This document shows, piece by piece, positions 1-11,163 of a DNA stretch of 64,000 bases. Made by a program: the position numbers and the translations under genes. Numbering within the stretch: the first letter of the stretch is position 1; every line of letters begins with the position of its first letter. The DNA is from Desulfobacterales bacterium. Lineage in GTDB: Bacteria; Desulfobacterota; Desulfobacteria; Desulfobacterales; JAIPEE01. Location of the stretch: contig JAIPEE010000006.1 in the NCBI GenBank assembly GCA_021737275.1, positions 13,664 through 77,663 of the forward strand, given 5' to 3'. Below the pieces are notes generated by a model. That model saw only the letters and a program-made list of their open reading frames with translations. It made no database searches and was not told the origin of the DNA.

Positions 1-3
1 CAA

Positions 4-921
4 TTGACCGGTACACTTACATTTTCACCGGCAGGAATACTGGGCGGCCAGGCGTCACCCGCCGTAGTTACGATGTTGTTATTTTTTTTCTTATATGGGT
101 TTGCAAAGGCCGGTTTAATGCCTTTTCACTCGTGGCTTCCTGCTGCAATGGTTGCACCGACCCCTGTCAGTGCTTTGCTTCATGCCGTTGCCGTCGTTAA
201 AGTTGGGGTGTTTTGTATTTTAAGAGTTTTAACCGGTGTCTTTGGCATAAAGCTATTGGCTGACCTTAACCTGGGAACAGTTGTTGCCGTCCTTGCCTCC
301 ATTACCATTATTACTTCTTCTCTGATTGCCATGTCACAGGATGGCCTGAAGCGGAGGCTTGCATTTTCGACAATCAGCCAGCTCTCCTATATTATTCTCG
401 GAGCTGCAATTCTTTCACCCAAAAGTATGACCGGAGGAATGGTGCATATTGCCATGCATGCTTTTGGCAAGATTACCCTGTTTTTTTGTGCCGGAGCCAT
501 ATTTGTGGCGACCGGTAAAAAATATATCAGCGAGATGGCCGGTATCGGTAAACAGATGCCGATCACCATGACCGCATTTTTTATCGGTGCATTGAGTGTT
601 ATCGGTCTGCCACCCTGCGGTGGGATAATCAGTAAATGGAATATTGCCGTCGGCACACTTGAAACGCATCAGGCCGGGTTTCTGGTCGTTTTGCTGGTCA
701 GTTCGATTCTTAATGCAGCTTATTTTCTGCCGATTGTCTATAAGGCTTTTTTCTGTGGACCTGAGGAGACACTATTTCCAGACAAGATAAAAGAAGCGCC
801 CCTATGGTGTGTCGTGCCGCTGGTCGTTACAGCTGTTTTATCGATATTGATGTTTATTTTTCCACAACCCTTTTTAACACTGGCCAAATTAAGTGTTGGC
901 ACTTTATTTATAAACCCTTAA
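4..921 (+). CDS. Monovalent cation/H+ antiporter subunit D (MrpD/NuoL-M-N family), 5'-truncated by window edge
   Basis: Hydrophobic; KAGLMPFHSWLPAAMVAPTPVSALLH and LAFSTISQL motifs of the proton-antiporter membrane family. Confidence 0.85.
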   Translation: MTGTLTFSPAGILGGQASPAVVTMLLFFFLYGFAKAGLMPFHSWLPAAMVAPTPVSALLHAVAVVKVGVFCILRVLTGVFGIKLLADLNLGTVVAVLASITIITSSLIAMSQDGLKRRLAFSTISQLSYIILGAAILSPKSMTGGMVHIAMHAFGKITLFFCAGAIFVATGKKYISEMAGIGKQMPITMTAFFIGALSVIGLPPCGGIISKWNIAVGTLETHQAGFLVVLLVSSILNAAYFLPIVYKAFFCGPEETLFPDKIKEAPLWCVVPLVVTAVLSILMFIFPQPFLTLAKLSVGTLFINP

Positions 922-930
922 GGGGACGGG

Positions 931-1167
931 GTGGAAATGAAGCAACCGGATAATTCAAAAAAACAGATGAAAATCCTTGCTGTGTATTTAGCTGTTTTGT
1001 TTATACTGGCGGCTGCAGATTTTTTTATTCATAAGCATACAGAGACTTCGCTCGAGGGATTGCCGCTTTTTTATGTGATATTCAGCATTATAACAGGCGC
1101 AGCCATGGTGGTGATGGCGTTGACTTTACGGTTATTCTTTTCAAGAGATGAGAGGTATTATGAATAG
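931..1167 (+). CDS. Small 2-TM membrane protein of the Mrp-like cluster
   Basis: Two hydrophobic helices, C-terminal RDERYYE, lies between and overlaps antiporter subunit genes. Confidence 0.7.
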   Translation: MEMKQPDNSKKQMKILAVYLAVLFILAAADFFIHKHTETSLEGLPLFYVIFSIITGAAMVVMALTLRLFFSRDERYYE

Positions 1168-2935
1168 CATCTATCACCCCGCCTTTATTTTGATTATTGG
1201 TGCTTTTATCGTTCCTTTGATAAGGGGCAGGGGAAGATCGTTATTTTTAACGGCACTGCCTTTACTTGCGTTTGCAGGCATATTGAGTCTGCCGCCGGGT
1301 AATTTCCATGCGATCGATATAGCGGGACACCGGTATTTTTATATGCATGTTGATAAGCTCAGCCTTTTATTCGGCTATGCATTTTCAATTGCACTTTTTA
1401 TCGGCATGTTGTTTGCGTTTAAAGTAGAAGATACCCTTCAGCACGTTTCAGCATTAATTTATGCAGGCGGTGCTTTCGGTGTGATATTTTCAGGCGGTTA
1501 CTTCGGGCTTTATATTTTCTGGGAGCTCATGGCCGTCAGTTCAACTTTTCTGATTCTGGCCAGGCGTACTCAAAGGGCCTATGGTGCGGCATTTCGTTAT
1601 ATTCTTGTTCATATCTTCGGCGGCTTGTGCCTTCTTGCAGGCATTTTGATTCAATTCAATAATACCGGATTAATGATAGTGGGCTTCCTCGAGTTGAATT
1701 CGCTTGCACCGGTTTTGATATTTATCGGCATCGCTGTGAATGCCGCTATCTATCCTCTTCATGCATGGTTGAAAGATGCCTATCCTGAAGCAACCATTAC
1801 CGGAACTGTATTCTTAAGTGCTTTTACCACCAAGACAGCCATTTATCTCATGGCGCGCGTTTTCCCTGGAGCAGATATTTTGATCTGGCTTGGTGCCATG
1901 ATGGCTGTGGTACCTGTTATTTATGCGCTACTGGAAGATGATGTGCGGCGTATTATTGCATACAGCCTTATCAATCAGGGTGGCTTTATGATATGCGGCA
2001 TCGGAATCGGTACACCTTTAGCCCTTAACGGTGCTGTCTCTCATGCTTTTTGCTGTATAATTTATACGGCGTTGCTTTTTATGGCTATAGGGGTCGTGAT
2101 AGAGAAAACCGGCAAAACAAAATGTTCTGAACTGGGCGGACTGTTCAGGAAAATGCCGCTAACAGGTATTTTTTGTATTATAGGTGCCATGTCAATTTCG
2201 GCACTTCCACTGTTCAGCGGGTTTGTTAGTAAATCCATGGTGATTTCCGCCTCAAGCCATGGGCACCTGACAATTATCCGGTTACTGCTTCAGGCCGCTT
2301 CGGCATGCGCCTGTTTTCACGCCGGAATGAAGGTACCGTATTATACTTTTTTTAATAAAGACTCAGGGCTTGATGCCGGTGAGCCTTCTTTTAATATGCA
2401 GCTTGCTATGGGTATCGCAGCCGTGTTGAGCGTATTTATTGGAATATTTCCCAACACGTTGTATCAGCTGCTTCCTTTTCAGCCTGCTGAATATATACCT
2501 TATACCGCTGCCCATATTGTGGGACAGCTTCAGGTGGTACTGTACGGTGCAGCCGTATTCATTTTATTAATTGCCTACAATAAATATCCTGTCAGTGCCG
2601 GTAAAATTTATCTTGATACGGACTGGTTTTATATTAAAGGCGGGCGCTTATTTTATCTTATAATGGATAAAACACTGAACAGCATTAATCGATGGTGTGA
2701 TAAACTGCTTGCATGCGGTTTAAGTGAAATGGCAGGGAGGGTAGCCCGGAATGCACCAACACGGCTATCCCTCTATATTATGATACCATTAAAAAGTGTT
2801 TCCGGTGCGAAACGATTCAGTGTTGCAAAGTTAGACAGGAATATCAGAACCGCATTTGAAACCGGTTCCGTACCGGTTGGCGTTAGCGCTGCGGCTGCTG
2901 TATGTTTTATCACGTTATTCTTTTTGTTGAGTTGA
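1160..2935 (+). CDS. Na+/H+ antiporter subunit D-like (MrpD/MrpA-type) membrane protein
   Basis: FWELMAVSS and PLHAWLKDAYPEA motifs; AGAGGT RBS before ATG at 1160. Confidence 0.85.
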   Translation: MNSIYHPAFILIIGAFIVPLIRGRGRSLFLTALPLLAFAGILSLPPGNFHAIDIAGHRYFYMHVDKLSLLFGYAFSIALFIGMLFAFKVEDTLQHVSALIYAGGAFGVIFSGGYFGLYIFWELMAVSSTFLILARRTQRAYGAAFRYILVHIFGGLCLLAGILIQFNNTGLMIVGFLELNSLAPVLIFIGIAVNAAIYPLHAWLKDAYPEATITGTVFLSAFTTKTAIYLMARVFPGADILIWLGAMMAVVPVIYALLEDDVRRIIAYSLINQGGFMICGIGIGTPLALNGAVSHAFCCIIYTALLFMAIGVVIEKTGKTKCSELGGLFRKMPLTGIFCIIGAMSISALPLFSGFVSKSMVISASSHGHLTIIRLLLQAASACACFHAGMKVPYYTFFNKDSGLDAGEPSFNMQLAMGIAAVLSVFIGIFPNTLYQLLPFQPAEYIPYTAAHIVGQLQVVLYGAAVFILLIAYNKYPVSAGKIYLDTDWFYIKGGRLFYLIMDKTLNSINRWCDKLLACGLSEMAGRVARNAPTRLSLYIMIPLKSVSGAKRFSVAKLDRNIRTAFETGSVPVGVSAAAAVCFITLFFLLS

Positions 2936-2960
2936 ATATAATAGTGTTGAGAGGTAAAAT

Positions 2961-3437
2961 ATGGTTACACTGAATGAATTAAAAGATATCGTAATTTTAA
3001 GTTATCTCACTGATGAGATGCTTGAAAAAATGCTTCCGATTACAAACCTTTTAATGTTTGATGAAGGTGAAACCCTTTTTAAGGAAAATGACCATGCGGA
3101 ATGGTTTTATATGCTCAAAAGGGGCAAGGTTCTTCTGGAACAAAAAATTTCAGACGATATTACTGTATTTGTAGGATCTATAAAACCCGGCTATTCTCTT
3201 GGATGGTCGTCGATGCTTGATGGTGAGCATTATACGTCAGATGCAGTTTGTGCGGAAACGTGTGAAGTCTTAGCTGTTAAGGGTAGTAAACTTAAAGACT
3301 TGCTGGATAATGATTTTGATATGGGATACAGGCTGACCCAGCGTCTTTTGCGTGTCATAAAGAAACGAATGGATTATCGAAAGGAACAGCTTCTTCGGGT
3401 CATAAAACATCACCCGGATATTAAAAATCTTCTTTAA
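2961..3437 (+). CDS. Stand-alone cyclic nucleotide-binding (Crp-like cNMP) domain protein
   Basis: GETLFKEND..FYMLKRGKV..PGYSLGWSSM..AVCAETCEV pattern; GAGGT RBS; no HTH. Confidence 0.8.
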   Translation: MVTLNELKDIVILSYLTDEMLEKMLPITNLLMFDEGETLFKENDHAEWFYMLKRGKVLLEQKISDDITVFVGSIKPGYSLGWSSMLDGEHYTSDAVCAETCEVLAVKGSKLKDLLDNDFDMGYRLTQRLLRVIKKRMDYRKEQLLRVIKHHPDIKNLL

Positions 3438-3646
3438 CATTATCTGTAATCCCTTCATAAAATCTGTTTTTTATATAATATACAGATACTTCAAGTTGAC
3501 ATATGCACCCATATGTTTTAAAAAACGCCATATTATTTGATTTTTTACGGCAACAGATAAATGATGCCACTTTATATTTTGAAACATGATTTTTTATGTT
3601 TTTATCCATAGAGATATCAATTACAAAATGCCGACCGGAGTAAATT

Positions 3647-4504
3647 ATTAAGTTAATCTGCAATATACAGGAAATGCAGGAATATGCTGACTGTTTTCGG
3701 GTAAGGGGTAAAAAAATTGCCTTTGTTCCGACCATGGGTTTTTTCCATGAAGGCCACCTTTCATTAATGCGAAAGGCGCGTGATCTGGCTGACGAACTTG
3801 TGATCAGTATCTTTGTAAATCCATTACAGTTTGCACCCACGGAAGATCTCTCGTCATATCCAAGAGATACGAAAAGCGATTTGGCTTTTGCCGAACAAAC
3901 GGGTGTTGACATCGTTTTTATGCCGGAAGCAGATTCGCTTTATCCCGGGGCATTTCAAACCCGGGTGTCACTTGATCAACTTCCCCGGCATCTTTGTGGT
4001 ATCAACAGACCTCAGCTTTTTAACGGCGTAACAACAGTAGTCTCAAAGCTTTTTAATATTGTAAAACCCCATGTTGCTGTATTTGGGGAAAAAGATTTTC
4101 AGCAGCTTCTTATAATAAGACAGATGGTGAATGATCTGAATATTGATGTGAAAATAGAATCTGCGCCTACGGCTCGTGATCCGGACGGACTTGCAATGAG
4201 TTCAAGAAACAGTTATCTGACAGCAGATCAGCGAGAAAATGCTCTTGCAGTTTACCGGTCGTTGCAAAATGCAAAAGATCTGCTCGAAAAAGGGGTAAGG
4301 GATTCCACCGTTATTATCGATGAGGCAAAAAAGATTATTTTAAGTTATCCCGGAAACACGGTTGATTATATTGAGATTTGTGATGTAGAAACACTTGATG
4401 ATGTAAATATGATTGATAAACCGGTCCTGATGGCCGTTGCCGCTTTTGTCGGCAAAGTTCGCCTGATAGACAATATGGTACTTGTACCTGATAAACAGAA
4501 ATGA
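3647..4504 (+). CDS. panC: Pantoate--beta-alanine ligase
   Basis: FVPTMGFFHEGH, SIFVNPLQF, FGEKDFQQ, LAMSSRN, RLIDN motifs; start is either ATT 3647 or ATG 3674. Confidence 0.95.
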   Translation: MKLICNIQEMQEYADCFRVRGKKIAFVPTMGFFHEGHLSLMRKARDLADELVISIFVNPLQFAPTEDLSSYPRDTKSDLAFAEQTGVDIVFMPEADSLYPGAFQTRVSLDQLPRHLCGINRPQLFNGVTTVVSKLFNIVKPHVAVFGEKDFQQLLIIRQMVNDLNIDVKIESAPTARDPDGLAMSSRNSYLTADQRENALAVYRSLQNAKDLLEKGVRDSTVIIDEAKKIILSYPGNTVDYIEICDVETLDDVNMIDKPVLMAVAAFVGKVRLIDNMVLVPDKQK

Positions 4505-4539
4505 TGTTGATCATTTAATTTTTAATAAAGGAGCTGACC

Positions 4540-5709
4540 ATGAGGAATGAAACCTATTTCTTTACTTCTGAATCGGTAACAGAGGGGCACCCGGACAAGG
4601 TTGCCGACTCGATTTCCGATTCCATTCTCGATGCCATAATGAGGCAGGATCCGGCATGCCGCGTTGCCTGTGAAACACTCGTCACAACGGGTATGGCATT
4701 TATTGCCGGTGAGATTACGACAGATTGTTATGTCGATATTCCCCAGATTGTCCGCGAAAGAATAAAGGACATCGGATACAGCTCTTCCCGTATGGGCTTT
4801 GATTATGAAACATGCGCGGTAATGACCAGTATTGACCACCAGTCACCGGATATTGCCCAGGGTGTTAATCATGGTGAAGGTCTTTATAAGGATCAGGGTG
4901 CAGGCGATCAGGGTTTGATGTTTGGTTTTGCCTGTAATGAAACTGAAGAGTTGATGCCGTCACCGATTATCTTTGCGCACAAGCTTTGCAAACGCCTTGC
5001 AACGGTCAGAAAAAACGGTGCACTGGATTTTTTAAGGCCGGATGGCAAATCACAGGTTACGATCGAATATAAGGAGGGTCAGCCCAAACGTGTTGATACC
5101 GTTGTTATCGCAACCCAGCATAAACCGGATGTTTCCCATGAAGAACTCAAAGAGGCGGTCATTGAAGAAGTAATTAAAAAGGTTATTCCGGTAAAATTGA
5201 TTGATGGCGATACAAAATACCTGATCAATGCAACCGGCAAGTTTGTTATCGGCGGCCCCATGGGTGACTGCGGACTTACAGGCAGAAAAATAATTGTAGA
5301 TACATATGGGGGGCAGGGCAGCCATGGCGGTGGTTGCTTTTCAGGCAAGGATCCTTCCAAGGTGGACCGCAGTGCATCATACATGGCGCGTCACGTTGCA
5401 AAAAATATTGTGGCAGCCGGTCTGGCAAAAAAATGTGAAGTGCAGGTGGCATATGCCATTGGTGTTGCGGAACCGGTTTCCGTAATGGTGGATATGAAGC
5501 AAACCGGTAAAATCTCTCAGACGAAAGCAGAATCGCTTGTAAAAGAGGTTTTTGATCTACGGCCGGCTGCTATTATCGAATACCTTGATCTTTTAAGGCC
5601 TATCTATACCCCGACTTCTGCCTATGGCCATTTTGGTCGTAACGGGGAGGGGTTTACCTGGGAAAAGACCAACATGGTGGATACGTTAAGAGAAAAAGCA
5701 GGTTTATAA
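4540..5709 (+). CDS. metK: S-adenosylmethionine synthetase
   Basis: [35 protein letters not shown]. Confidence 0.98.
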   Translation: MRNETYFFTSESVTEGHPDKVADSISDSILDAIMRQDPACRVACETLVTTGMAFIAGEITTDCYVDIPQIVRERIKDIGYSSSRMGFDYETCAVMTSIDHQSPDIAQGVNHGEGLYKDQGAGDQGLMFGFACNETEELMPSPIIFAHKLCKRLATVRKNGALDFLRPDGKSQVTIEYKEGQPKRVDTVVIATQHKPDVSHEELKEAVIEEVIKKVIPVKLIDGDTKYLINATGKFVIGGPMGDCGLTGRKIIVDTYGGQGSHGGGCFSGKDPSKVDRSASYMARHVAKNIVAAGLAKKCEVQVAYAIGVAEPVSVMVDMKQTGKISQTKAESLVKEVFDLRPAAIIEYLDLLRPIYTPTSAYGHFGRNGEGFTWEKTNMVDTLREKAGL

Positions 5710-5716
5710 AACTTCA

Positions 5717-5759
5717 GGGATTAGACCCTTAATCCAGATCAGGTTAAAGGCCTAATCCC
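5717..5759. terminator. Hairpin between convergent metK and ahcY
   Basis: GGGATTAG...CTAATCCC imperfect inverted repeat in the 56-bp gap. Confidence 0.55.
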
Positions 5760-5765
5760 GTTTGT

Positions 5766-7190
5766 TCAGTATCTGTAATGGTTAGATTTATAAGGCCCTT
5801 CTATGGGTATATCAAGATAGTCAGCCTGCTCCTGTGTGAGCGTTGAAAGACTTACACCTAATCTTCCAAGGTGAAGTCTGGCTACCTCTTCATCAAGTTT
5901 CTTTGGAAGTGTAAAAACTTTCTTTTCAAAGTCATTCGTTGCAAGTTCAATTTGAGCAAGAACCTGGTTTGTGAAGCTGTTACTCATAACAAAACTGGGG
6001 TGACCGGTTGCACAGCCGAGGTTTACAAGGCGTCCCTCAGCAAGAACGATAATTGAATTTCCTGATTTTAGTGTCCATTTATCAACCTGGGGCTTAATGG
6101 TGAGTTTTGTACATCCATCCGTTTTTTCAAGGTACGACATTTCGATTTCATTATCAAAATGACCAATGTTGCAAATTATGGATTCATCTTTCATCTCTTC
6201 CATATGGGCGCCGGAGATGACATGATAGCATCCGGTAGCCGTAACAAAAATATCACCTTTTGAAGCGACCTCTTCCATTGTTCTTACTTCATAGCCTTCC
6301 ATGGAAGCCTGAAGTGCACAGATCGGGTCAATTTCAGTTACGATAACACGGGCACCATAGCCTTTCATTGAAGCGGCACAGCCTTTTCCTACATCTCCGA
6401 AACCACATATAACAACCACTTTACCGGCAAGCATTATATCCGTTGCTCTTTTTATGCCGTCAGCAAGAGATTCCTGGCATCCGTAAAGATTGTCAAATTT
6501 TGATTTTGTAACAGAATCATTGACGTTAATTGCGGGAAAAAGAAGTTCATTATTTCCGGCAAGTTGATAAAGCCTGTGAACACCTGTGGTTGTTTCTTCA
6601 GACACACCCCGAATTTTTTCACCAACCTTATGCCAGTGCTGGGGATCTTTTTCATAAGTTGCTTTAAGACGTTTCATAAGAATTCTCATATCAGGCGAGT
6701 CATATGTTTTTTCAAGAAGTGACGGATCATTTTCAACCTTAACACCCTGGTGAACCATAAGTGTGGCGTCCCCACCATCATCAACAATCATATCCGGTCC
6801 GGAGCCGTCAGGCCATGTAAGTGCCATTTCCGTACACCACCAGAAGTCCTCAAGCGTTTCACCTTTCCAGGCATAAACGGCGGCAGATTTTTTATCTGCA
6901 ACAGCCGCAGCCGCATGATTCTGTGTTGAAAAAATATTACATGTCGCCCATCTCAGGTCAGCACCAAGCTCTTTTAAAGTATCAATAAGCATCGCTGTCT
7001 GGATTGTCATATGAAGACTGCCCGTAATTTTGAAACCTTTTAATGGTTTTTCTTTTCCATATTTTTCCCTTGCCGCCATCAAACCCGGCATCTCTTTTTC
7101 TGAAAGCTGCATCTCTTTATGGCCAAATTCAGCTTCTTTCAAATCTGCAACCTTGTATTCCAATGATAAGTCTAATTCCTGAACGCTCAT
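5766..7190 (-). CDS. ahcY: Adenosylhomocysteinase
   Basis: [37 protein letters not shown]. Confidence 0.98.
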   Translation of the reverse strand: MSVQELDLSLEYKVADLKEAEFGHKEMQLSEKEMPGLMAAREKYGKEKPLKGFKITGSLHMTIQTAMLIDTLKELGADLRWATCNIFSTQNHAAAAVADKKSAAVYAWKGETLEDFWWCTEMALTWPDGSGPDMIVDDGGDATLMVHQGVKVENDPSLLEKTYDSPDMRILMKRLKATYEKDPQHWHKVGEKIRGVSEETTTGVHRLYQLAGNNELLFPAINVNDSVTKSKFDNLYGCQESLADGIKRATDIMLAGKVVVICGFGDVGKGCAASMKGYGARVIVTEIDPICALQASMEGYEVRTMEEVASKGDIFVTATGCYHVISGAHMEEMKDESIICNIGHFDNEIEMSYLEKTDGCTKLTIKPQVDKWTLKSGNSIIVLAEGRLVNLGCATGHPSFVMSNSFTNQVLAQIELATNDFEKKVFTLPKKLDEEVARLHLGRLGVSLSTLTQEQADYLDIPIEGPYKSNHYRY

Positions 7191-8110
7191 TTATAAATCT
7201 CCTTTTTTGATTTAAATATATTTAATTTTAAGGATTGTTGTAAATCGTATGATTTAATGTTTTCCAATATAAAGCCATTATTATTAAGGATGGTTTCAAT
7301 CTCTTTTTTTGAAAAACCCAGCCACCTGTCTCCATATATTTTTCTCATGGATTCATTATTGTGTTTTCCAAAATCCGTTATGATGAAAACACCATTCTTT
7401 TTAAGGATTCTGGAAGCTTCCGATATTGCTTTTACCGGTTCCGGCAGATGATGAAGAACCATTGACATAACCGCTAAATCGGCCTCTCCATCACCAACAG
7501 GCAAGTGTTCAAGTTCACCCAGTCTTAAATTTATTTTATTACTATCTTCCTTAAAATGTTTTCTTGCCTCTTCTAACATCTTTGAAGAGCTGTCTATGCC
7601 GACACAATACTGTGCTTTTTTACCTAAATGTTTTAAAAATTCTCCGGTTCCACACCCCAGATCAACTGCAAATTCACTTTTTTCAGCATTTTCCAAAATG
7701 GTTTTGTTAACATCGAAATCGCCGGTTATAAGGTTTTTCAGTTGATCCCACCGGGGTGCAATGGCGTTGAAAAACTGCTTTGATTCTCTTTTCCTCTCTT
7801 CAATTATATTGGACGCTCTGTTTAAATCACCTTTATAAACAGTTTCTTCTTTAAATAAAAACCTGATTGAATCATTGAACCTTTCCTCAATGCCGCTTTT
7901 AGCAGCAGAATAAAAGGCCCATACACCATCTCTTCTGCATTCAACCAGGGACGAGTCGGTAAGTATTTTAAGGTGCCGTGATATTCTTGACTGACCCATA
8001 TTCATCAGTGTTACTATTTCATTAACACTTAATTCATAGTTGAGCAGAATATTAAATAATCTTAACCGGGTTTCATCGGCCAGCGCTTTAAAATAATTTA
8101 TTGTTTTCAT
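7187..8110 (-). CDS. sahR: ArsR-HTH + SAM-methyltransferase-like regulator (SahR type)
   Basis: N-terminal ArsR HTH ([18 protein letters not shown]), C-terminal DLGCGTG domain, overlaps ahcY start. Confidence 0.85.
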   Translation of the reverse strand: MKTINYFKALADETRLRLFNILLNYELSVNEIVTLMNMGQSRISRHLKILTDSSLVECRRDGVWAFYSAAKSGIEERFNDSIRFLFKEETVYKGDLNRASNIIEERKRESKQFFNAIAPRWDQLKNLITGDFDVNKTILENAEKSEFAVDLGCGTGEFLKHLGKKAQYCVGIDSSSKMLEEARKHFKEDSNKINLRLGELEHLPVGDGEADLAVMSMVLHHLPEPVKAISEASRILKKNGVFIITDFGKHNNESMRKIYGDRWLGFSKKEIETILNNNGFILENIKSYDLQQSLKLNIFKSKKEIYK

Positions 8111-8116
8111 ATTGGT

Positions 8117-8136
8117 ATATCTATATATATTGATAT
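8117..8136. promoter_or_regulatory. Putative SahR operator (20-bp palindrome)
   Basis: ATATCTATATATATTGATAT (ATATC-N10-GATAT) 6 bp upstream of the sahR start. Confidence 0.6.
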
Positions 8137-8322
8137 ATGGATAATGTCAAATATTAATCACAGATATTAATATTTATTAATGTATTCAAATCTATAGGAT
8201 TAATAATGTTGGCAGGGGTGAGTTTTTTTTGGGCCTGTCCTTAAATGGGCATCTGCTTTTTAAAGAATATTTTAATATTCATTTTCTGAAAAACCGACAA
8301 ACAGATTAAAATTTTGCTTACG

Positions 8323-9069
8323 TTATTCTGCCGCATCAAAAGATAAATTCCAATCAACCCAGTTGGACATGTCGCTTTTTAGTGTAAAACGAAAAGGTGC
8401 TGTTGGTGTGCAATCAGGACGAATAATGCTTTGATACATCTGATTGATGGAATAATGCCATTTACCTGGAAAGGCGGCATTATTTGCCGGGTGAATTTTC
8501 TCTGCATCGTTATTTTTAGAGAGTTTCTGTTCCGGCGACAGATTTTGTATCTCTGCACCGCCCTGGTATACCTTGACTGAGGCAAAATCATCTTTGGTTA
8601 TTTCAACCTTGAAAACAGTTATACCATTATGTGTATTAAATGGTTTTGTTTTAATGCTGAAACATTCTTTAACAATAAAATATGAAGATGTTGTCCAGAA
8701 ATTTCCTGTGAACAGACTTATAGAAACGCTATTGTCTTCAAATTGATCCGGTTCCTTTATGGATGAAATTTTAAAAAAAGAATTTTCAGCAACCCGGATA
8801 TATGAGCCGTCCGGCATTGTGATCTCAAGTCTTGTATTATTATCAGTCCGGATGTGATCACCGGAATCAAGAAAGTCATTCAGGAAAAGCGGGCCGGGTT
8901 CTGAAGCGCCTGCTTTGGTGATGGAAGCATTTCCATTGAGCATTGTAACTGTTGGGCTTTCGAAATTGAAGTCCGCAGCGTTGCTGTTTGTTGAATTTAA
9001 AAATATTATCAGAAAGACAAAGAGAGATATTTTGATAAATCTATAATAAATAACTATTTTAACAATCAT
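8323..9069 (-). CDS. FecR-domain exported protein
   Basis: Signal/TM segment then GDHIRTDNNTRLEITMPDGSYIRVAENS and VKVYQG, typical of FecR. Confidence 0.75.
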   Translation of the reverse strand: MIVKIVIYYRFIKISLFVFLIIFLNSTNSNAADFNFESPTVTMLNGNASITKAGASEPGPLFLNDFLDSGDHIRTDNNTRLEITMPDGSYIRVAENSFFKISSIKEPDQFEDNSVSISLFTGNFWTTSSYFIVKECFSIKTKPFNTHNGITVFKVEITKDDFASVKVYQGGAEIQNLSPEQKLSKNNDAEKIHPANNAAFPGKWHYSINQMYQSIIRPDCTPTAPFRFTLKSDMSNWVDWNLSFDAAE

Positions 9070-9225
9070 GGCTAATATTGGGGTCGCCTCTAAAATTATT
9101 TTCCGGATATGATTACTGTGTTATAAGAAAATGGTAATTCTTAATATATTCATCTGGTTAAACCTGATATAAGAGCGTCAGGTTTGGACCTGAATCGAAA
9201 TCCTGATTTTTTCCGATAGTCTTAA

Positions 9226-10116
9226 TTAATCATTAATTACAATCATAACCCGGCACTCTTTGAGGATGGACAGGTTTTCAGATGCGCTATTGATTCTTAA
9301 TGCATCTGCATTACTGATAACGATATCTGTCATGCTGCTTTCCAGCGTTCTGAGTCCTTTTACAACAAAAGGGATCTCAGAATGACAGCTGTCAGGCTGT
9401 GTTTCCTGAAGATTAGTCCGGAATCCGCTCATGCCCTGATGTACGGCAAATTCACGACTTGCAAAGGCCGGTCCATAAACTTCGTTTCCGGCTTCATCCG
9501 TAATTTTAGGTGCCATACAGGGCTTCGCATTAATACCGCGTGCATCAACAATTAACCCTGTGAAGATATCGTTTTTCCGGTTATCTGGTGCCGTCGGCAG
9601 ATCAGAATTTTTTGAAACAGGCTCCGTGCCGGATGTGTTTACGGATTTTATGGTTTCAATCTGCTTGATTTCCATCGGCAAAAGTAGCTGTGAAAATCCG
9701 CCGTAAATACTCATACGAACCGTAATGACAGCCGTACCATCAGAGAGAAACTCCTGAGCGGCAGCGTCGGTGTTTTCAATCAAATCAATCAGGTTGCGTT
9801 TCAGTGTATCATCATTGGAGATAATATCGTTTACCGTACACACTGAACTGATACGCAGATTTTTTGAGACTTCAAAAAGATTGAGCTGGGCATCTCTTCT
9901 GGCGCTGCTTATTGCAGCCTGCCGGGATGCAGTCGGATCAGATGTGTTGTTTTCAGGTATGCCGTTGCCCTTTGCTTCAATTATGCCGAGAGTCCAGTTA
10001 ATTATACCATTATTATAGGTCTCAACCAGATCGGCTGAATCAGCATAGCTGAATGAAAAAAGCATGATATTGAATAAAGTAGTGTAACATAAAATCCTGA
10101 AAATCCGGATTTTCAT
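9226..10116 (-). CDS. Exported LPP20-like protein
   Basis: Signal peptide; INWTLGIIEAKGNG..ARRDAQLNL and TGLIVDARG..P.I motifs. Confidence 0.6.
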   Translation of the reverse strand: MKIRIFRILCYTTLFNIMLFSFSYADSADLVETYNNGIINWTLGIIEAKGNGIPENNTSDPTASRQAAISSARRDAQLNLFEVSKNLRISSVCTVNDIISNDDTLKRNLIDLIENTDAAAQEFLSDGTAVITVRMSIYGGFSQLLLPMEIKQIETIKSVNTSGTEPVSKNSDLPTAPDNRKNDIFTGLIVDARGINAKPCMAPKITDEAGNEVYGPAFASREFAVHQGMSGFRTNLQETQPDSCHSEIPFVVKGLRTLESSMTDIVISNADALRINSASENLSILKECRVMIVIND

Positions 10117-10371
10117 AGCAACTCCTAAATGAACTATATAAAATCACAGGTTACCCTGACGAAATATTTTTAATATTATCTTCTATCGGTTAAATTGTCA
10201 TAAAAAATATTTTCTGCCAAATGAAAATGCTAAAAGAGTTGGCATTTTCATGTATTTATCTATAATTGTTGACCTTTTATCACTTTATATTGTAAGAATG
10301 CCCATAAGTCAATAATCAGACGTTGAACACATTGCTTTTGAAAGACTTAACCTCCATAAACTATTCATATT

Positions 10372-11148
10372 ATGCGTGATATTACCGGTCACATCGGAAG
10401 ATATGCATTAAAAAATGCCAGCCATAGTGGTAATTTTTTTGCACTGCTGTTTTTTCTTTTTCGTTCCCTGTTTAGCAGAGAGACACTGAATAAAGCCTTG
10501 TTCAGAAGGATCACGCTTGAACAGATTTATTTTACAGCCATTCAGAGTCTGATAATCATTATTCCCATTGCATTTATGATCGGCAGCATGCTGATTATTT
10601 ATTTTTCCAAGTTGTCCGGTCAGTATAATCTTGGAAAAACGACAGTCCTTCTTGTTATAAGGGAGCTGGCACCCATCATTACAGCGCTTCTTGTAATATT
10701 GCGTTCGGCAACAGCTGTTACAATTGAGATCAGTTATATGAATGTACTCCATGAGATTGAAGCCATTGAGATGACAGGGATCGATCCGGTCCGGATCGTA
10801 TGTTTGCCCCGCCTGCTTGGAATTATAGTTTCAATGGTTTGCCTCTTTATTATTTTTGATCTTGTGTCCATTATTGGCGGTTATTATATTGTCTGGTTTA
10901 TGACGGATATCCCGCTGGGTAATTTTTTGAGGCAAATAGGCAAGGCAATTACGATTGCCGACATTATTGTCAGTATTATAAAGTCTATCTGTTTTGGAAT
11001 TGTCATATCGGTGACATGTCTTGATCATGGCTTCAGGGAAAAAAGGCGCATTACTGTGGTACCTGTTGTGACATCACGGGCCGCTGTGGAATGTTTTTTT
11101 TACTGTCTGATAATTGATATTGTTGTATCGATAATGTTTTATGTTTAA
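10372..11148 (+). CDS. mlaE: MlaE-family ABC permease
   Basis: RELAPIITALL..EIEAIEMTGIDP..PR motif; multi-TM. Confidence 0.85.
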   Translation: MRDITGHIGRYALKNASHSGNFFALLFFLFRSLFSRETLNKALFRRITLEQIYFTAIQSLIIIIPIAFMIGSMLIIYFSKLSGQYNLGKTTVLLVIRELAPIITALLVILRSATAVTIEISYMNVLHEIEAIEMTGIDPVRIVCLPRLLGIIVSMVCLFIIFDLVSIIGGYYIVWFMTDIPLGNFLRQIGKAITIADIIVSIIKSICFGIVISVTCLDHGFREKRRITVVPVVTSRAAVECFFYCLIIDIVVSIMFYV

Positions 11149-11163
11149 GATCAGGGAAAAAGT

